NCBI GenBank assembly: GCA_001769835.1
Contig: MEPR01000025.1
Coordinates: 5,442 to 69,441, forward strand
Length of the DNA stretch: 64,000 nt
Origin: Bdellovibrionales bacterium GWB1_55_8
GTDB taxonomy: Bacteria > Bdellovibrionota > UBA1018
Direction: 5' to 3'
Below the pieces are notes generated by a model that had not been told where the DNA came from, did not search any database, and worked only from the letters and a program-made list of their open reading frames with translations. Both the position numbers and the translations under genes were made by a program. Below are positions 1 to 9,779 of this stretch, in pieces (the stretch's first letter is position 1; each line of letters starts with the position of its first letter).

Positions 1-2
1 AC

Positions 3-2075
3 GAAAAAGCATCACAGGTGCTCCTCGGGGTCACCGGTTCGGGAAAAACGTTCACGATGGCCAACGTCATCGCGCAGGTGAACCGTCCGACGTTGATCCT
101 GAGCCACAACAAGACTCTGGCCGCACAGCTATTTTCCGAATTCCGAGAATTTTTCCCGACGAATGCCGTGGAATATTTCGTGAGCTATTACGATTATTAT
201 CAGCCGGAAGCTTATATTCCGTCGACCGACACGTTCATTGAAAAGGACGCTCAGATCAACGACGAGATTGATAAGCTCCGGCACTCCGCGACGCGTTCAC
301 TGCTTGAGCGAAACGATGTCATCATCGTCTCGTCAGTGTCCTGTATCTATGGTTTGGGTTCTCCTGAAGCTTATGAGGGTATGCTCCTGTACCTCGAAAC
401 CGGGCGCGAGATGAAGCGCCAAGAGATGCTGAAGAAGCTGGTTGAAATCCAATACCGGAGAAATGACGTGGATTTTCATCGCGGGACGTTCCGGGTCCGC
501 GGAGATGTAGTCGAGATTTTCCCGGCATACGAGGAAGAACGCGCGATTCGAGTGGAGTTTTTCGGGGATGAGATCGAAAGCATCTCCGAGGTGGACCCGC
601 TTCGGGGCGTGAGACTTCAGCGCATTCCCCGGGTGACGATTTACCCCGGAAGCCACTATGTGACCACGGCGGAGAATCGCAAACGAGCGATCGATACCGT
701 ACGCGAGGAGCTTAGGTTTCGTCTTGAGGAGCTCAGATCCCTGAACAAGCTGGTCGAGGCACAGCGTCTGGAGCAACGGACGCTGTTTGACCTTGAGATG
801 ATGGAGGAGCTCGGGTTCTGCCAGGGTATCGAAAATTATTCGCGTCACCTGACGGGCAAGGCGCCTGGATCCCCGCCGCCCACGTTGCTGGAGTACTTTC
901 CGAAAGACTGGCTCCTGATCGTGGACGAGAGCCATGTCACTGTTCCGCAGATTGGTGGAATGTACCGGGGAGACCGTGCGAGAAAAACCACTCTCGTGGA
1001 GCACGGGTTCCGTCTTCCGTCCGCATTGGATAATCGACCATTGAGCTTTGAGGAATGGGAACGCCACTTGAGCCTTACCGTTTACGTTTCAGCGACACCG
1101 GGTGACTATGAGCTCGGAAAGTCGGGTGGTGAATTCGTGGAGCAGGTGATCCGTCCGACGGGCCTTCTGGATCCTCGTGTGGAGGTGCGCCCGGCCGGTA
1201 CGCAGGTCGACAATCTCCTCGGGGAAATTCGGAAAAGAGTGGAACGGAACGAGCGCGTCCTTGTGACCACCTTGACGAAGCGATTGGCGGAGGACCTGAC
1301 CCGATACTATCAGGAGCAAGGCGTCCGCGTGAAATACCTGCACTCGGATATCGAGACGCTTGAGCGCATTGAGATCCTGCGCGACCTCCGGCTCGGGGCA
1401 TTCGATGTTCTGATCGGGATCAATCTGCTTCGCGAGGGCCTTGACCTGCCCGAAGTTTCGCTCGTTGCGATTCTTGATGCGGATAAAGAGGGCTTTCTTC
1501 GTAGTTTTCGTTCGCTCATCCAGACGATCGGGCGCGCGGCTCGAAATGCGGACGGTTTCGTGATCCTGTACGCCGACAAGCAGACCGATAGCATGAGAAA
1601 AGCCCTGGACGAGACCGCTCGCCGTCGTGCGCTCCAGGAGGATTTCAACCGGGCGCACGGCATCACCCCGCAAACCATTCAAAAAGCAATTCCGGCACCC
1701 ATCCTCCAGGCTGAAGTTGAGAATCTCGGGACCTCGCGTTCAGGACGCGGCGGGAAAGACGACAAGAGCGTGCTTGCCAAGCGGGCGCTCAGGACCGGAG
1801 CAGGTTCGGGGCATGGCAAAAGCCTTTGGAGTGCCGCTGAATCGGCAGCAGCTGCTCATGCCATGGGGAATCTGGACCTGCTGGACCCGCAAGGAAGGAT
1901 TGAGGCGGTACGAGAGGCCGCTGGTGATTATTTCACGTCTCTTGAAGAGGTGAACAAGTCAGTACGAGCGATGGAGCGGGATATGCGAGAAGCAGCGAAG
2001 GAGATGCAGTTCGAGCGCGCAGCCGAAATCCGCGATCGCATCAGGCGACTCAAGGTGCTGGCGCTGGGGCTGTAA
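3..2075 (+). CDS. uvrB: Excinuclease ABC subunit B, 5'-partial (frame open to the window edge)
   Basis: Walker A GVTGSGKT, beta-hairpin [16 protein letters not shown] box, helicase motifs [13 protein letters not shown] and [10 protein letters not shown]-terminal UVR coiled coil ([11 protein letters not shown]). Confidence 0.98.
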   Translation, partial: EKASQVLLGVTGSGKTFTMANVIAQVNRPTLILSHNKTLAAQLFSEFREFFPTNAVEYFVSYYDYYQPEAYIPSTDTFIEKDAQINDEIDKLRHSATRSLLERNDVIIVSSVSCIYGLGSPEAYEGMLLYLETGREMKRQEMLKKLVEIQYRRNDVDFHRGTFRVRGDVVEIFPAYEEERAIRVEFFGDEIESISEVDPLRGVRLQRIPRVTIYPGSHYVTTAENRKRAIDTVREELRFRLEELRSLNKLVEAQRLEQRTLFDLEMMEELGFCQGIENYSRHLTGKAPGSPPPTLLEYFPKDWLLIVDESHVTVPQIGGMYRGDRARKTTLVEHGFRLPSALDNRPLSFEEWERHLSLTVYVSATPGDYELGKSGGEFVEQVIRPTGLLDPRVEVRPAGTQVDNLLGEIRKRVERNERVLVTTLTKRLAEDLTRYYQEQGVRVKYLHSDIETLERIEILRDLRLGAFDVLIGINLLREGLDLPEVSLVAILDADKEGFLRSFRSLIQTIGRAARNADGFVILYADKQTDSMRKALDETARRRALQEDFNRAHGITPQTIQKAIPAPILQAEVENLGTSRSGRGGKDDKSVLAKRALRTGAGSGHGKSLWSAAESAAAAHAMGNLDLLDPQGRIEAVREAAGDYFTSLEEVNKSVRAMERDMREAAKEMQFERAAEIRDRIRRLKVLALGL

Positions 2076-2081
2076 GCCCGT

Positions 2082-4139
2082 ATGAATCGACTTGAAAAAG
2101 AAACGAGCCCGTATCTCAGGCAGCATCAGAATAATCCCGTGGACTGGTTTCCCTGGGGCGAGGAGGCTTTTCGCCTGGCGAGGGAAACGAACCGGCCGAT
2201 CCTCCTGAGTGTCGGCTATGCCGCCTGCCACTGGTGCCACGTGATGGCGCATGAGAGCTTTGAAAACGCGGAGATCGCCGCTATTTTGAACGAACACTTC
2301 GTCAGCATCAAAGTGGATCGAGAGGAGAGGCCGGAACTCGATCGAATTTACCAACCGGTCGCGCAGGTCTTCACCGGTGGCGGCGGCTGGCCTCTGACCG
2401 TTTTTCTCACTCCTGATCAAAAACCGTTTTTCGGGGGTACCTATTTTCCTCCTGAGGATAGCTACGGCCGGGCCGGGTTTAGACGCGTTCTCCTGGCTGT
2501 GCTCAATTCTTACCGTGATGATCCTGAAGGAGTCGCGAGGAGCTCAGGTCAACTCACTGAAGCGATTCTCGAAGCCGAAAATGGCATGGTCCGTGTACAT
2601 CCAGCTGAAGCAGGTGAGACTGTGAGGATACTCAGCGAGTCCGCCGCGAAAATTCATTCCTACATGGACCCGACTTTCGGTGGGATTGGGCGCGCTCCTA
2701 AATTTCCAAATGTTCCCATGCTGACGTTTCTCTGGCGATCGGGCCGGAGGGATGGCGTGATTCTTACACTTCGTCGAATGGCTGAAGGGGGGATCTTTGA
2801 CCAGCTCGGCGGCGGCTTCCATCGCTACGCCGTTGATGAAGCCTGGGCGGTGCCTCATTTCGAAAAAATGCTTTCTGACAACGGGCTTTTGTTGAAGTTG
2901 TACTCCGAGATCTTGCTTTCCGGCGCCTCCGAACTGAAGGAGGCCGACCGGGAGCTGTTTACTCAGGTCATCACAAGTACGGTGGATTATCTGCTTCGTG
3001 ACTTAAGATCTCCGGCTGGCACATTCTTCAGTTCGCAAGATGCTGATTCGGAGGGTGAGGAAGGTAAATTTTATGTTTGGACTGCGGATGATCTTTCATC
3101 CCTGGTTAAACGCGGGGATTTAAGCCAAGCGGAAGCCGCGATTGCGGCAAAACGGTTTGGCATCTCGGCAGCCGGCAATTTTGAACAAGGCAAGACGGTT
3201 CTTTTCGCTGCCAAGTCGTACGAGGCAATTGCTTCCGAACTTGAAGTGCCAGCGACAGAGGTTGAACGTCTGATGGAATCCGTGCGCAGGAAGCTTCTCA
3301 GGCTTCGATCCGAAAGGGTTTCGCCGCAGATCGATGATAAAGTCCTTGTCAGCTGGAACGCGCTCGCGATCAGCGGCCTTTCCTGGGCCTCTGGCGCGCT
3401 GTCCGTCTCGGGCGAGAGTTCCAAAGCACGCGTTGCTTATCAGGCGGCGAAGAAAGCCTATGACGCGCTCGTAACCGGTGCGGCGGGGCCGCATGCGGGC
3501 TCGCACCGATTGAGTGGAACCATTCAGCACGGGATTGCAAAAACAAACGCCACGCTCGACGATTACGCCTTTCTCACGGCCGCGGCCCTGGATCTGGCGA
3601 GGTGGTCTCCGGAGAGCGAGATCTCTGGTCTGATCGAACAGGCTCACGAATGGCTGACGATTCTATTTAATTCTTTTCAGGCCGATGCAGGATTCTACTT
3701 TACCGGGGACGATCACGAGACCTTGCTGTTTCGCCCGCGAGGACTGTTTGACTCCGCGATCCCGGCCGGTACGGCGGTAGCACTGGCAAGCGCGCTCGTA
3801 CTGGCTGAAATCAGCGGTAAATTAGACCTCCGTGCGCGTGCCGAGCAGCAACTCCGGCGAGTTCGACCGCTTGCGACTGGTAATCCCTCCGGAGGAGCTG
3901 AAACGCTTTCTACGCTGCTGCTTTATGAACTCGGTCCAGTAGTGGTATCCGGTCCCAATAGTCAGGATGTTTGCCGGAACGCTCACGTTTTTCGTAAAGC
4001 GAGCGCGAATGAATCTGGGGTGATCGTCTGTCACGGGTTTACTTGCGGAGCACCGCATCTCGATGCGGCATCCGCTTGGCGCGAGACGTCACGAAAGGTG
4101 ACTCTTGAATCGGCCACTGGCCGCCCGGCTGGCACATGA
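2082..4139 (+). CDS. Thioredoxin-domain protein, YyaL/Ssp411 (DUF255 + six-hairpin glycosidase-like) family
   Basis: N-terminal [21 protein letters not shown], [23 protein letters not shown] and LDDYA motifs. Confidence 0.92.
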   Translation: MNRLEKETSPYLRQHQNNPVDWFPWGEEAFRLARETNRPILLSVGYAACHWCHVMAHESFENAEIAAILNEHFVSIKVDREERPELDRIYQPVAQVFTGGGGWPLTVFLTPDQKPFFGGTYFPPEDSYGRAGFRRVLLAVLNSYRDDPEGVARSSGQLTEAILEAENGMVRVHPAEAGETVRILSESAAKIHSYMDPTFGGIGRAPKFPNVPMLTFLWRSGRRDGVILTLRRMAEGGIFDQLGGGFHRYAVDEAWAVPHFEKMLSDNGLLLKLYSEILLSGASELKEADRELFTQVITSTVDYLLRDLRSPAGTFFSSQDADSEGEEGKFYVWTADDLSSLVKRGDLSQAEAAIAAKRFGISAAGNFEQGKTVLFAAKSYEAIASELEVPATEVERLMESVRRKLLRLRSERVSPQIDDKVLVSWNALAISGLSWASGALSVSGESSKARVAYQAAKKAYDALVTGAAGPHAGSHRLSGTIQHGIAKTNATLDDYAFLTAAALDLARWSPESEISGLIEQAHEWLTILFNSFQADAGFYFTGDDHETLLFRPRGLFDSAIPAGTAVALASALVLAEISGKLDLRARAEQQLRRVRPLATGNPSGGAETLSTLLLYELGPVVVSGPNSQDVCRNAHVFRKASANESGVIVCHGFTCGAPHLDAASAWRETSRKVTLESATGRPAGT

Positions 4140-4169
4140 CTGGCAGGGAGGGGGTCGAATGGGGGTTTT

Positions 4170-4892
4170 GTGAAGCGTGTTCCCATCGAAAAGACAGTCG
4201 CCCTGCCGGAAGGGAAAGCAGTGGGCTGTCGCTGGAGCTATCCCGAAGATGTGCGAGTGCATGACAGTCGGTCGCCGATCGTTTTTCTGATACCTGAATT
4301 TTACCTTCATGACATTTCGAGAGATGGCGCAGGTTTTCTCAGGGCAACGAACTTCGCTGAACTCTCGACCGAGCTGAATCGCTGCGGATTGATCACTTTC
4401 GAATTTGATGCCTCGCAATCACTTCATCCGCAGGAGATCGCGGAACTCTATCGACAAGGTCTGGAGAACGACGCCGTCGATCCTGATCGCGCGGTTCTTC
4501 TTGCGCTCGGACAGTCGGCAGACCTCCTGGCGCGCTCGTATTACGATTTTTTCACGGTTCATCCGCCGCGCGGACTGATTCTGATTTCACCGCGCGTGGG
4601 CCCGCTCGAACTGAATAACGTCACTTGCCCTTACCTGATGCTCCACTCACAGCTTGACTCCAAACGGACTGGTCATGATGTCAACGCCATGAAAGAGGCC
4701 ACTCAACGCCATCAGATGAGATATGGCGATCCGACCACTTATCTTGTTCTCCCGCAGATTTCAGGACAGGGATCAGAGGTGTTAGCGCAGGACGCGTTGC
4801 GCGAGGTCTGTGGTTGGTTGGATCTTGCGGTGTTTGATGAAGGTTTCGCGCATCGCTTCCGTGGTACCGGCACTGAGCCGATGCATATTTAG
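4170..4892 (+). CDS. Hypothetical protein, possibly a degenerate alpha/beta-hydrolase fold
   Basis: 240-aa ORF filling the gap. Strand/helix pattern (GLITFEFD, VLLALGQSA, GLILISP, CPYLMLHS) resembles alpha/beta hydrolases, but there is no GxSxG. Confidence 0.55.
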   Translation: MKRVPIEKTVALPEGKAVGCRWSYPEDVRVHDSRSPIVFLIPEFYLHDISRDGAGFLRATNFAELSTELNRCGLITFEFDASQSLHPQEIAELYRQGLENDAVDPDRAVLLALGQSADLLARSYYDFFTVHPPRGLILISPRVGPLELNNVTCPYLMLHSQLDSKRTGHDVNAMKEATQRHQMRYGDPTTYLVLPQISGQGSEVLAQDALREVCGWLDLAVFDEGFAHRFRGTGTEPMHI

Positions 4893-4904
4893 ACGACCTG
4901 TAAC

Positions 4905-6443
4905 TCAGCTGGTAATGCCTGAAAATTGATGTCGAAGTTTTGTGTAGTTCGGCTGGTTGCCAAAATCCTTTGGAATGAAGTCGGTGAATGCAACGGCTTT
5001 GGGCGCAAGATTCGCTGGTAATTTACCCACGCAATAATCCAATATCTGCTTGTCGGAAATTGAGCCCGCCCCTCTGACAATGGCGCAGAGAACAATCGGC
5101 TTCCCGGTCGCGCGAGGCACTATGAAGGCGGCGCCATCGTCCACGCCCTGGATTTCCTTTAGGACCTGATTGACCTCGTTCAGGCTCTCATATTCCTCAT
5201 CTATGTGCAGTAAATCGGACTGCCGCCCCAGAAGCTGAATGCTGAGCGTATCGCCATCTCCATCGAGCCGCGCGACATCCCCGGTATAAAGCCAGGTCCC
5301 TCGCAGCGCGTTCTTCGTTTCCTGCGCGAGATCTTTTTTTTCGGCACCGTGGCGATAATACCCCGACATGGCCGTCGGAGTTGTCACGGCGAGACGTCCG
5401 GTTCGGGGTTTTGGCCCTGGAATCTCGTCACCATTGTCGTCGACGACTTTGTATTTGAAGCCGGGAAGTCCTTTTTCCGCGGACGAAGAGCCTTCGGAAA
5501 GCGCCGTGTCCTGCATCGAAATAGTCCAAAGATTCTCGGTCTGGCCGTAGCAGTGTCCCACGGAAATTTTCATCAGCCCAAAAACACGTGCCACGTCAGA
5601 GGAAAGGGGGCCGCCAGCAACGGTAATAGACTTGATGCCCGGAAGGGTTCGCTTCTCGCTTCGGCAGGTCATGAGGAGTTTCCAGAAAAAAAGAGGAGCA
5701 CCGAGGACGCGATTCGTTCGGGATTCGATCAGGAAATCGAGGAATTCAGCCCCTTCAAGTCCGTGATCGATCACAACGGTAGCGCCTGAAAGAATGGGGA
5801 ATAGCAGCGCGTGCAAAAATGCAAATGGGTGCGCCCAGGAAATTTTCGTCAGAAAGCGATCGGAAAGGTTGATGTGGTACGTGCCGCGAATGGAGGAGGC
5901 ACCAAACCGCAATTGTTTGTGGGTGAACGTGACCAGCTTCGGATGCCCGGTGGTTCCAGCGGTGCGAAGAATCAGAATAATATCATTTTCAGCAGGTTGG
6001 TTGTCGGTTTGGGCGGTAAACGAGGAATCGTACTCGCCACCCTGTTTTTTCTCGATCTCAATGATGGGAAGTGAAAGTCGGGCTGAGGAGAGGATCTCTC
6101 TGGCGGGCGCGATCAGGTCGGATGTCACTGCCAGATGTGTGGCGCCGCTTTCTTTGAGCCAATTTTCGATTTCGTCACGAGGGCGGTCAGGGTCGATTGG
6201 AATCGACGTCGCGCGGATATTGGTGAGCGCGAAAAATGTCTGAATCAGGGCTGGTGAATTCCTGGCTAAAAAGGCCACCCGCACTCCACCAGGGTGGTGA
6301 CCGATCTCGTTCTGAAAAAGATAGCTGAGCCGTGCCACGCGGATCTTCAGTTCTGAAAAACTTGTTTCCTTGCCCAGATATCGATAGGCGGGTCGAGTTG
6401 GGTTTTTAACGGCGATTTGCGATAGCAGCTGCGTGATGAGCAT
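4905..6443 (-). CDS. AMP-binding (ANL/acyl-CoA ligase-like) protein with degenerate motifs
   Basis: TAGTTGHPK P-loop variant, YGQTE, YTGD, GRQSD; the C-terminal A10 lysine motif is absent. Confidence 0.85.
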   Translation of the reverse strand: MLITQLLSQIAVKNPTRPAYRYLGKETSFSELKIRVARLSYLFQNEIGHHPGGVRVAFLARNSPALIQTFFALTNIRATSIPIDPDRPRDEIENWLKESGATHLAVTSDLIAPAREILSSARLSLPIIEIEKKQGGEYDSSFTAQTDNQPAENDIILILRTAGTTGHPKLVTFTHKQLRFGASSIRGTYHINLSDRFLTKISWAHPFAFLHALLFPILSGATVVIDHGLEGAEFLDFLIESRTNRVLGAPLFFWKLLMTCRSEKRTLPGIKSITVAGGPLSSDVARVFGLMKISVGHCYGQTENLWTISMQDTALSEGSSSAEKGLPGFKYKVVDDNGDEIPGPKPRTGRLAVTTPTAMSGYYRHGAEKKDLAQETKNALRGTWLYTGDVARLDGDGDTLSIQLLGRQSDLLHIDEEYESLNEVNQVLKEIQGVDDGAAFIVPRATGKPIVLCAIVRGAGSISDKQILDYCVGKLPANLAPKAVAFTDFIPKDFGNQPNYTKLRHQFSGITS

Positions 6444-6462
6444 GAGCCCCTAGTATAGGAGC

Positions 6463-7119
6463 CTATTCATATTGCTCAAAGAATTTCCTGAATGCCTGCC
6501 TTGCGAGACCCTCAAGAAAGCGAAGTTTCGGCGGGAGGTGAATGGAGCCGGATTTCGCGTCAGCAGAAACGGTTTCCTCGTGAGCAGCGGTGCCTTTGCG
6601 AAAACTCGCATCTGTTTTGGAGCGAGCATCGGCAAACTCGAGCTCCACTTCCACAACGCCTTTCATGCTTTTCACTTTGAAAAGGCGATTGGTTTTTCCT
6701 TCTTTTTTTCCGCGCTCCTTGGCGAGCTGGCTGTCATAGACTTCTTCGGCGGAGTAGCCTTCTTTCGTTTCGGCGTCGAATCGGGCAATCCGGGCGCGAA
6801 GAGCGATATCGGAACCCGCGCGTTCGGCGATTGCGCGCCAATCGGTCGGGTCCACATCGGGAGCGTTGCGCGCTTGATCCACCTCGTTCTTGGGAACGAG
6901 GATGAAGGTTCCACGCTTGATCAGTTCGTTGATGAGAGCGACTTCGACCACAGCCCGCCCGCTGGCTTCTCCATCGATGTCAATCAGGGCGACCTTCTTG
7001 CCTTCGTAATCCGAAAGCACGGGCGGACTGCCGGGTTTGGGCGCAGAGGCACAACCCGAAACGATGAGTGTCGCGGAAACGCAGAGGAGTGGAATCAGGC
7101 GCAGGCTGGCGCGGATCAC
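6463..7119 (-). CDS. Lipoprotein, possible CsgG/LpoB-like alpha/beta fold
   Basis: Lipobox-type signal LIVSGC; KKVALIDID strand followed by helix LINELIKRGTF; overlaps the upstream gene by 4 nt. Confidence 0.65.
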   Translation of the reverse strand: MIRASLRLIPLLCVSATLIVSGCASAPKPGSPPVLSDYEGKKVALIDIDGEASGRAVVEVALINELIKRGTFILVPKNEVDQARNAPDVDPTDWRAIAERAGSDIALRARIARFDAETKEGYSAEEVYDSQLAKERGKKEGKTNRLFKVKSMKGVVEVELEFADARSKTDASFRKGTAAHEETVSADAKSGSIHLPPKLRFLEGLARQAFRKFFEQYE

Positions 7120-7562
7120 TGGTTCGTGACGCCGGCGTGAATCAAAACCTTGATGTTGTTTGAGAAGATGACTTCCAGTTTGTTCGGGTAAATCAGCTTT
7201 CCAACAATTCCATCGCCGAAGGTCGGGTGCTTGAGCTTGTCGCCAAGAGCAAACGACGCCTTCATGCTGTAAGGCTTCATCGGGGCGTCTTTATGGGCGG
7301 TCATGAGCTTGGTCCATTCAGCTTCGATCGAGCTGATGGCAGCCTCAGCGGCCGCAGTTTCTTTCTTGGATTTCTTTTTAACAGGCTCGGTCGCTCCCTT
7401 GGGCGCCCGGTAGACGTGTTCTTTTTTGCAGGTGAGGCACTGAACCTTGGCAATCCGGTCGCCTTTCATCGCAACGATAACGTGGTTGAGGTCCATTTTG
7501 CAGCTGGTGCAATAGGACAGGGCTTCTTGGGCGACTTCAGTCGACGGGTTTGTGCGTGCCAT
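7116..7562 (-). CDS. Zn-ribbon + Tudor-like (UvrD/PcrA C-terminal-like) small protein
   Basis: CxxC (CTSC)..H..CxxC (CLTC)..H at the N-terminus; C-terminal FALGDKLKHPTFGDGIV...LEVIF...KVL; strong RBS (AAGGAG). Confidence 0.75.
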   Translation of the reverse strand: MARTNPSTEVAQEALSYCTSCKMDLNHVIVAMKGDRIAKVQCLTCKKEHVYRAPKGATEPVKKKSKKETAAAEAAISSIEAEWTKLMTAHKDAPMKPYSMKASFALGDKLKHPTFGDGIVGKLIYPNKLEVIFSNNIKVLIHAGVTNQ

Positions 7563-7600
7563 GAGGAAATTTCTCCTTAATCTGGTTATAGTGGACTGAG

Positions 7601-9349
7601 ATGGAAAAGCAAGCTCCTAAACCATCGAAAAATCACGCGGAAACCGGTCCGGCGGTCGAAATCGTGCTGCCGAGCAGGCAAATACTGCTGGAGCAGGCGC
7701 GCGCTGTGAAAGCCTGCCCTGGCGTGTATCTGATGAAAGATCCGCAAGGGCACATTCTGTACGTCGGAAAAGCAAAGGTTCTGCCGAACCGGCTTGCCAG
7801 CTACTTCCAGGCCGGGTCGCATGAGGTCCCGCGAACCGAGATGCTGGTGAATCGGGTTCATCACTTCGACGTCATTCTGACTGAAACGGAAGCCGAAGCG
7901 CTGATCCTTGAGTGCACTCTCATCAAGAAGCATAAGCCTAAGTTCAATGTCCGGCTCAAAGATGACAAAGCTTATCCGTACCTGAAAATTCAGGTAAACG
8001 AGCGTTTTCCGAGGATTGAATGGACGCGGCGGGTCATGCGAGATGGCGCCCGGTACTTCGGACCTTTTCCCTCAGCCTGGTCCGCCCGGCAGGTGATGCA
8101 GCTCCTGAACGAAACGTTTCAGCTTCGGGATTGCTCGGACAATACTTTCCGGCATCGAAGCCGCCCCTGCATTCTGTTTCAAATGGGAAAGTGTTCGGGT
8201 TCTTGCGTCGGCGAGTTGGACGAGAACCACTACCGAGAATCGATCACGCAAGCCATGGCCGTGCTTGAAGGAAAAGCCGATCATCTTCAAAAATCTCTTC
8301 GGAGAGGGATGGAAGATGCCGCGGCTCAAGAGGAATATGAGCTTGCGGCTGAATACCGGGACCAGCTGAAGAACCTGGAACTCGTGACGGAGACGCAGGG
8401 AGTGGTCGAGGCCGGTTCTCAGCGCGATCGCGATGTGGTTGGACTATTCCGGAAAGATGCCGACGCGCACGCGACACTGCTCCGGATTCGCGGGGGCCGT
8501 TTGATCTCGATTCAACACTTTCACTTTCAGAATACGGATTCCTCGCTCACGGACTCAGGAATTCTATTCGATTTTCTATCGCAGAACTATCTCTCGCCGG
8601 CCAGGGAAGGCGAGCCCCCGCCTAACGAAATCCTTCTGTCCGAAGCGCCTGATGATCTTGAGTTGCTCGAGCGGACGCTCGGGCTTTCGGTGAGAGTCGC
8701 CGAGAACGCGGTCGATGAGCAGCTTCTCAATGTGGCTCGCACGAATGCCGAATATGCACAGGAACAGGCCGCCAAGCGTTCGCCGGGGCATGGATCCGAG
8801 GCGCTCGAAGAAGTGCTGGAGAAGCTTCATCTGCCCAAGCTTCCTTATCGGATCGAGTGCTATGACATCTCCAATATCCATGGTCGCGATGCGGTGGCTT
8901 CCAGGGTGGTTTTCATGAACGGAGCGCCGGAAAAGGGGCTTTACCGGCGTTACAAGATTCGAACAGTCGAGGGCTCCAACGACTTCGCGATGATGAAGGA
9001 AGTCCTGGGTAGGCGTTTTGCGCATAAGGAAGAGGAACTTCCGGATCTGGTCGTGGTGGACGGAGGGAAGGGCCAGTTGGCCCAGGCCGTTGCCATTCTC
9101 GAGGAACTCGCGGTCCAGGGCGTGAGTGTTGCGGGCCTGGCCAAGGCGCGTGTGGAGCGCGATTTCCAGTCGGCCGAAGTGAAATCATCGATGGAACGGG
9201 TCTTTATCCCGGGACGGAAGAATCCGATTCCGCTGCTCCCTCATACAGGTGCGTACAAGCTTCTTACGCACGTGCGCGATGAGGCCCATCGCTTTGCGGT
9301 GAGTTATCACCGTGTCATACGCTCAAAACGTACTTTGGGCGGCGAGTAA
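7601..9349 (+). CDS. uvrC: Excinuclease ABC subunit C lacking the C-terminal HhH domain
   Basis: GIY-YIG (GVYLM...YVGKAK), Cys cluster, UVR domain (EYELAAEYRDQ), RNase H-like motifs ECYDISN, VDGGKGQL, RDEAHRFA; stops 15 codons after HRFA. Confidence 0.95.
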   Translation: MEKQAPKPSKNHAETGPAVEIVLPSRQILLEQARAVKACPGVYLMKDPQGHILYVGKAKVLPNRLASYFQAGSHEVPRTEMLVNRVHHFDVILTETEAEALILECTLIKKHKPKFNVRLKDDKAYPYLKIQVNERFPRIEWTRRVMRDGARYFGPFPSAWSARQVMQLLNETFQLRDCSDNTFRHRSRPCILFQMGKCSGSCVGELDENHYRESITQAMAVLEGKADHLQKSLRRGMEDAAAQEEYELAAEYRDQLKNLELVTETQGVVEAGSQRDRDVVGLFRKDADAHATLLRIRGGRLISIQHFHFQNTDSSLTDSGILFDFLSQNYLSPAREGEPPPNEILLSEAPDDLELLERTLGLSVRVAENAVDEQLLNVARTNAEYAQEQAAKRSPGHGSEALEEVLEKLHLPKLPYRIECYDISNIHGRDAVASRVVFMNGAPEKGLYRRYKIRTVEGSNDFAMMKEVLGRRFAHKEEELPDLVVVDGGKGQLAQAVAILEELAVQGVSVAGLAKARVERDFQSAEVKSSMERVFIPGRKNPIPLLPHTGAYKLLTHVRDEAHRFAVSYHRVIRSKRTLGGE

Positions 9350-9401
9350 CAGTGCTTGACGCACCTACCGGCTTGCTTCTTGAAGCGCCTCACATTGTTC
9401 T

Positions 9402-9779
9402 ATGGAATGCTCGGGTGTCCTTATCATCGAAGACGAACAGGAGATCCGCGACACTCTGCGGGAGCTTTTTGAATTTGAAGGCTACAAGGTTCTTACCGCC
9501 GAAAATGGTGCTGAGGGGCTCCGTATGCTGCAGGAGATTCGGCGGCCCTGCATCATCCTACTCGACATTCTGATGCCCGTGATGAATGGCTGGGAATTCC
9601 TCGAAGCACGTCAGCGAAAACAGGAATTGGCCTCGATCCCGGTGGCGATTCTTTCAGGCATAGCCGAAAAACCCGACAGCATCCCGGGTGTCACGTTTTT
9701 CTTCAGAAAGCCCGTAAACTTCGAGCGGCTTTTGAAACTTGTCGATGAGCAGCGCGAGGCGCAAGCGGGGGAACGATGA
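9402..9779 (+). CDS. Single-domain response regulator (CheY-like receiver)
   Basis: IIEDE acidic pocket, LLDILMP phospho-Asp, RKP conserved Lys. Confidence 0.93.
   Translation: MECSGVLIIEDEQEIRDTLRELFEFEGYKVLTAENGAEGLRMLQEIRRPCIILLDILMPVMNGWEFLEARQRKQELASIPVAILSGIAEKPDSIPGVTFFFRKPVNFERLLKLVDEQREAQAGER

Noticed and set aside
9352-9573. Possible frameshifted continuation of uvrC (LDAPTG...)
   Set aside because: No GIG/HhH pattern, and it overlaps the response regulator in another frame.
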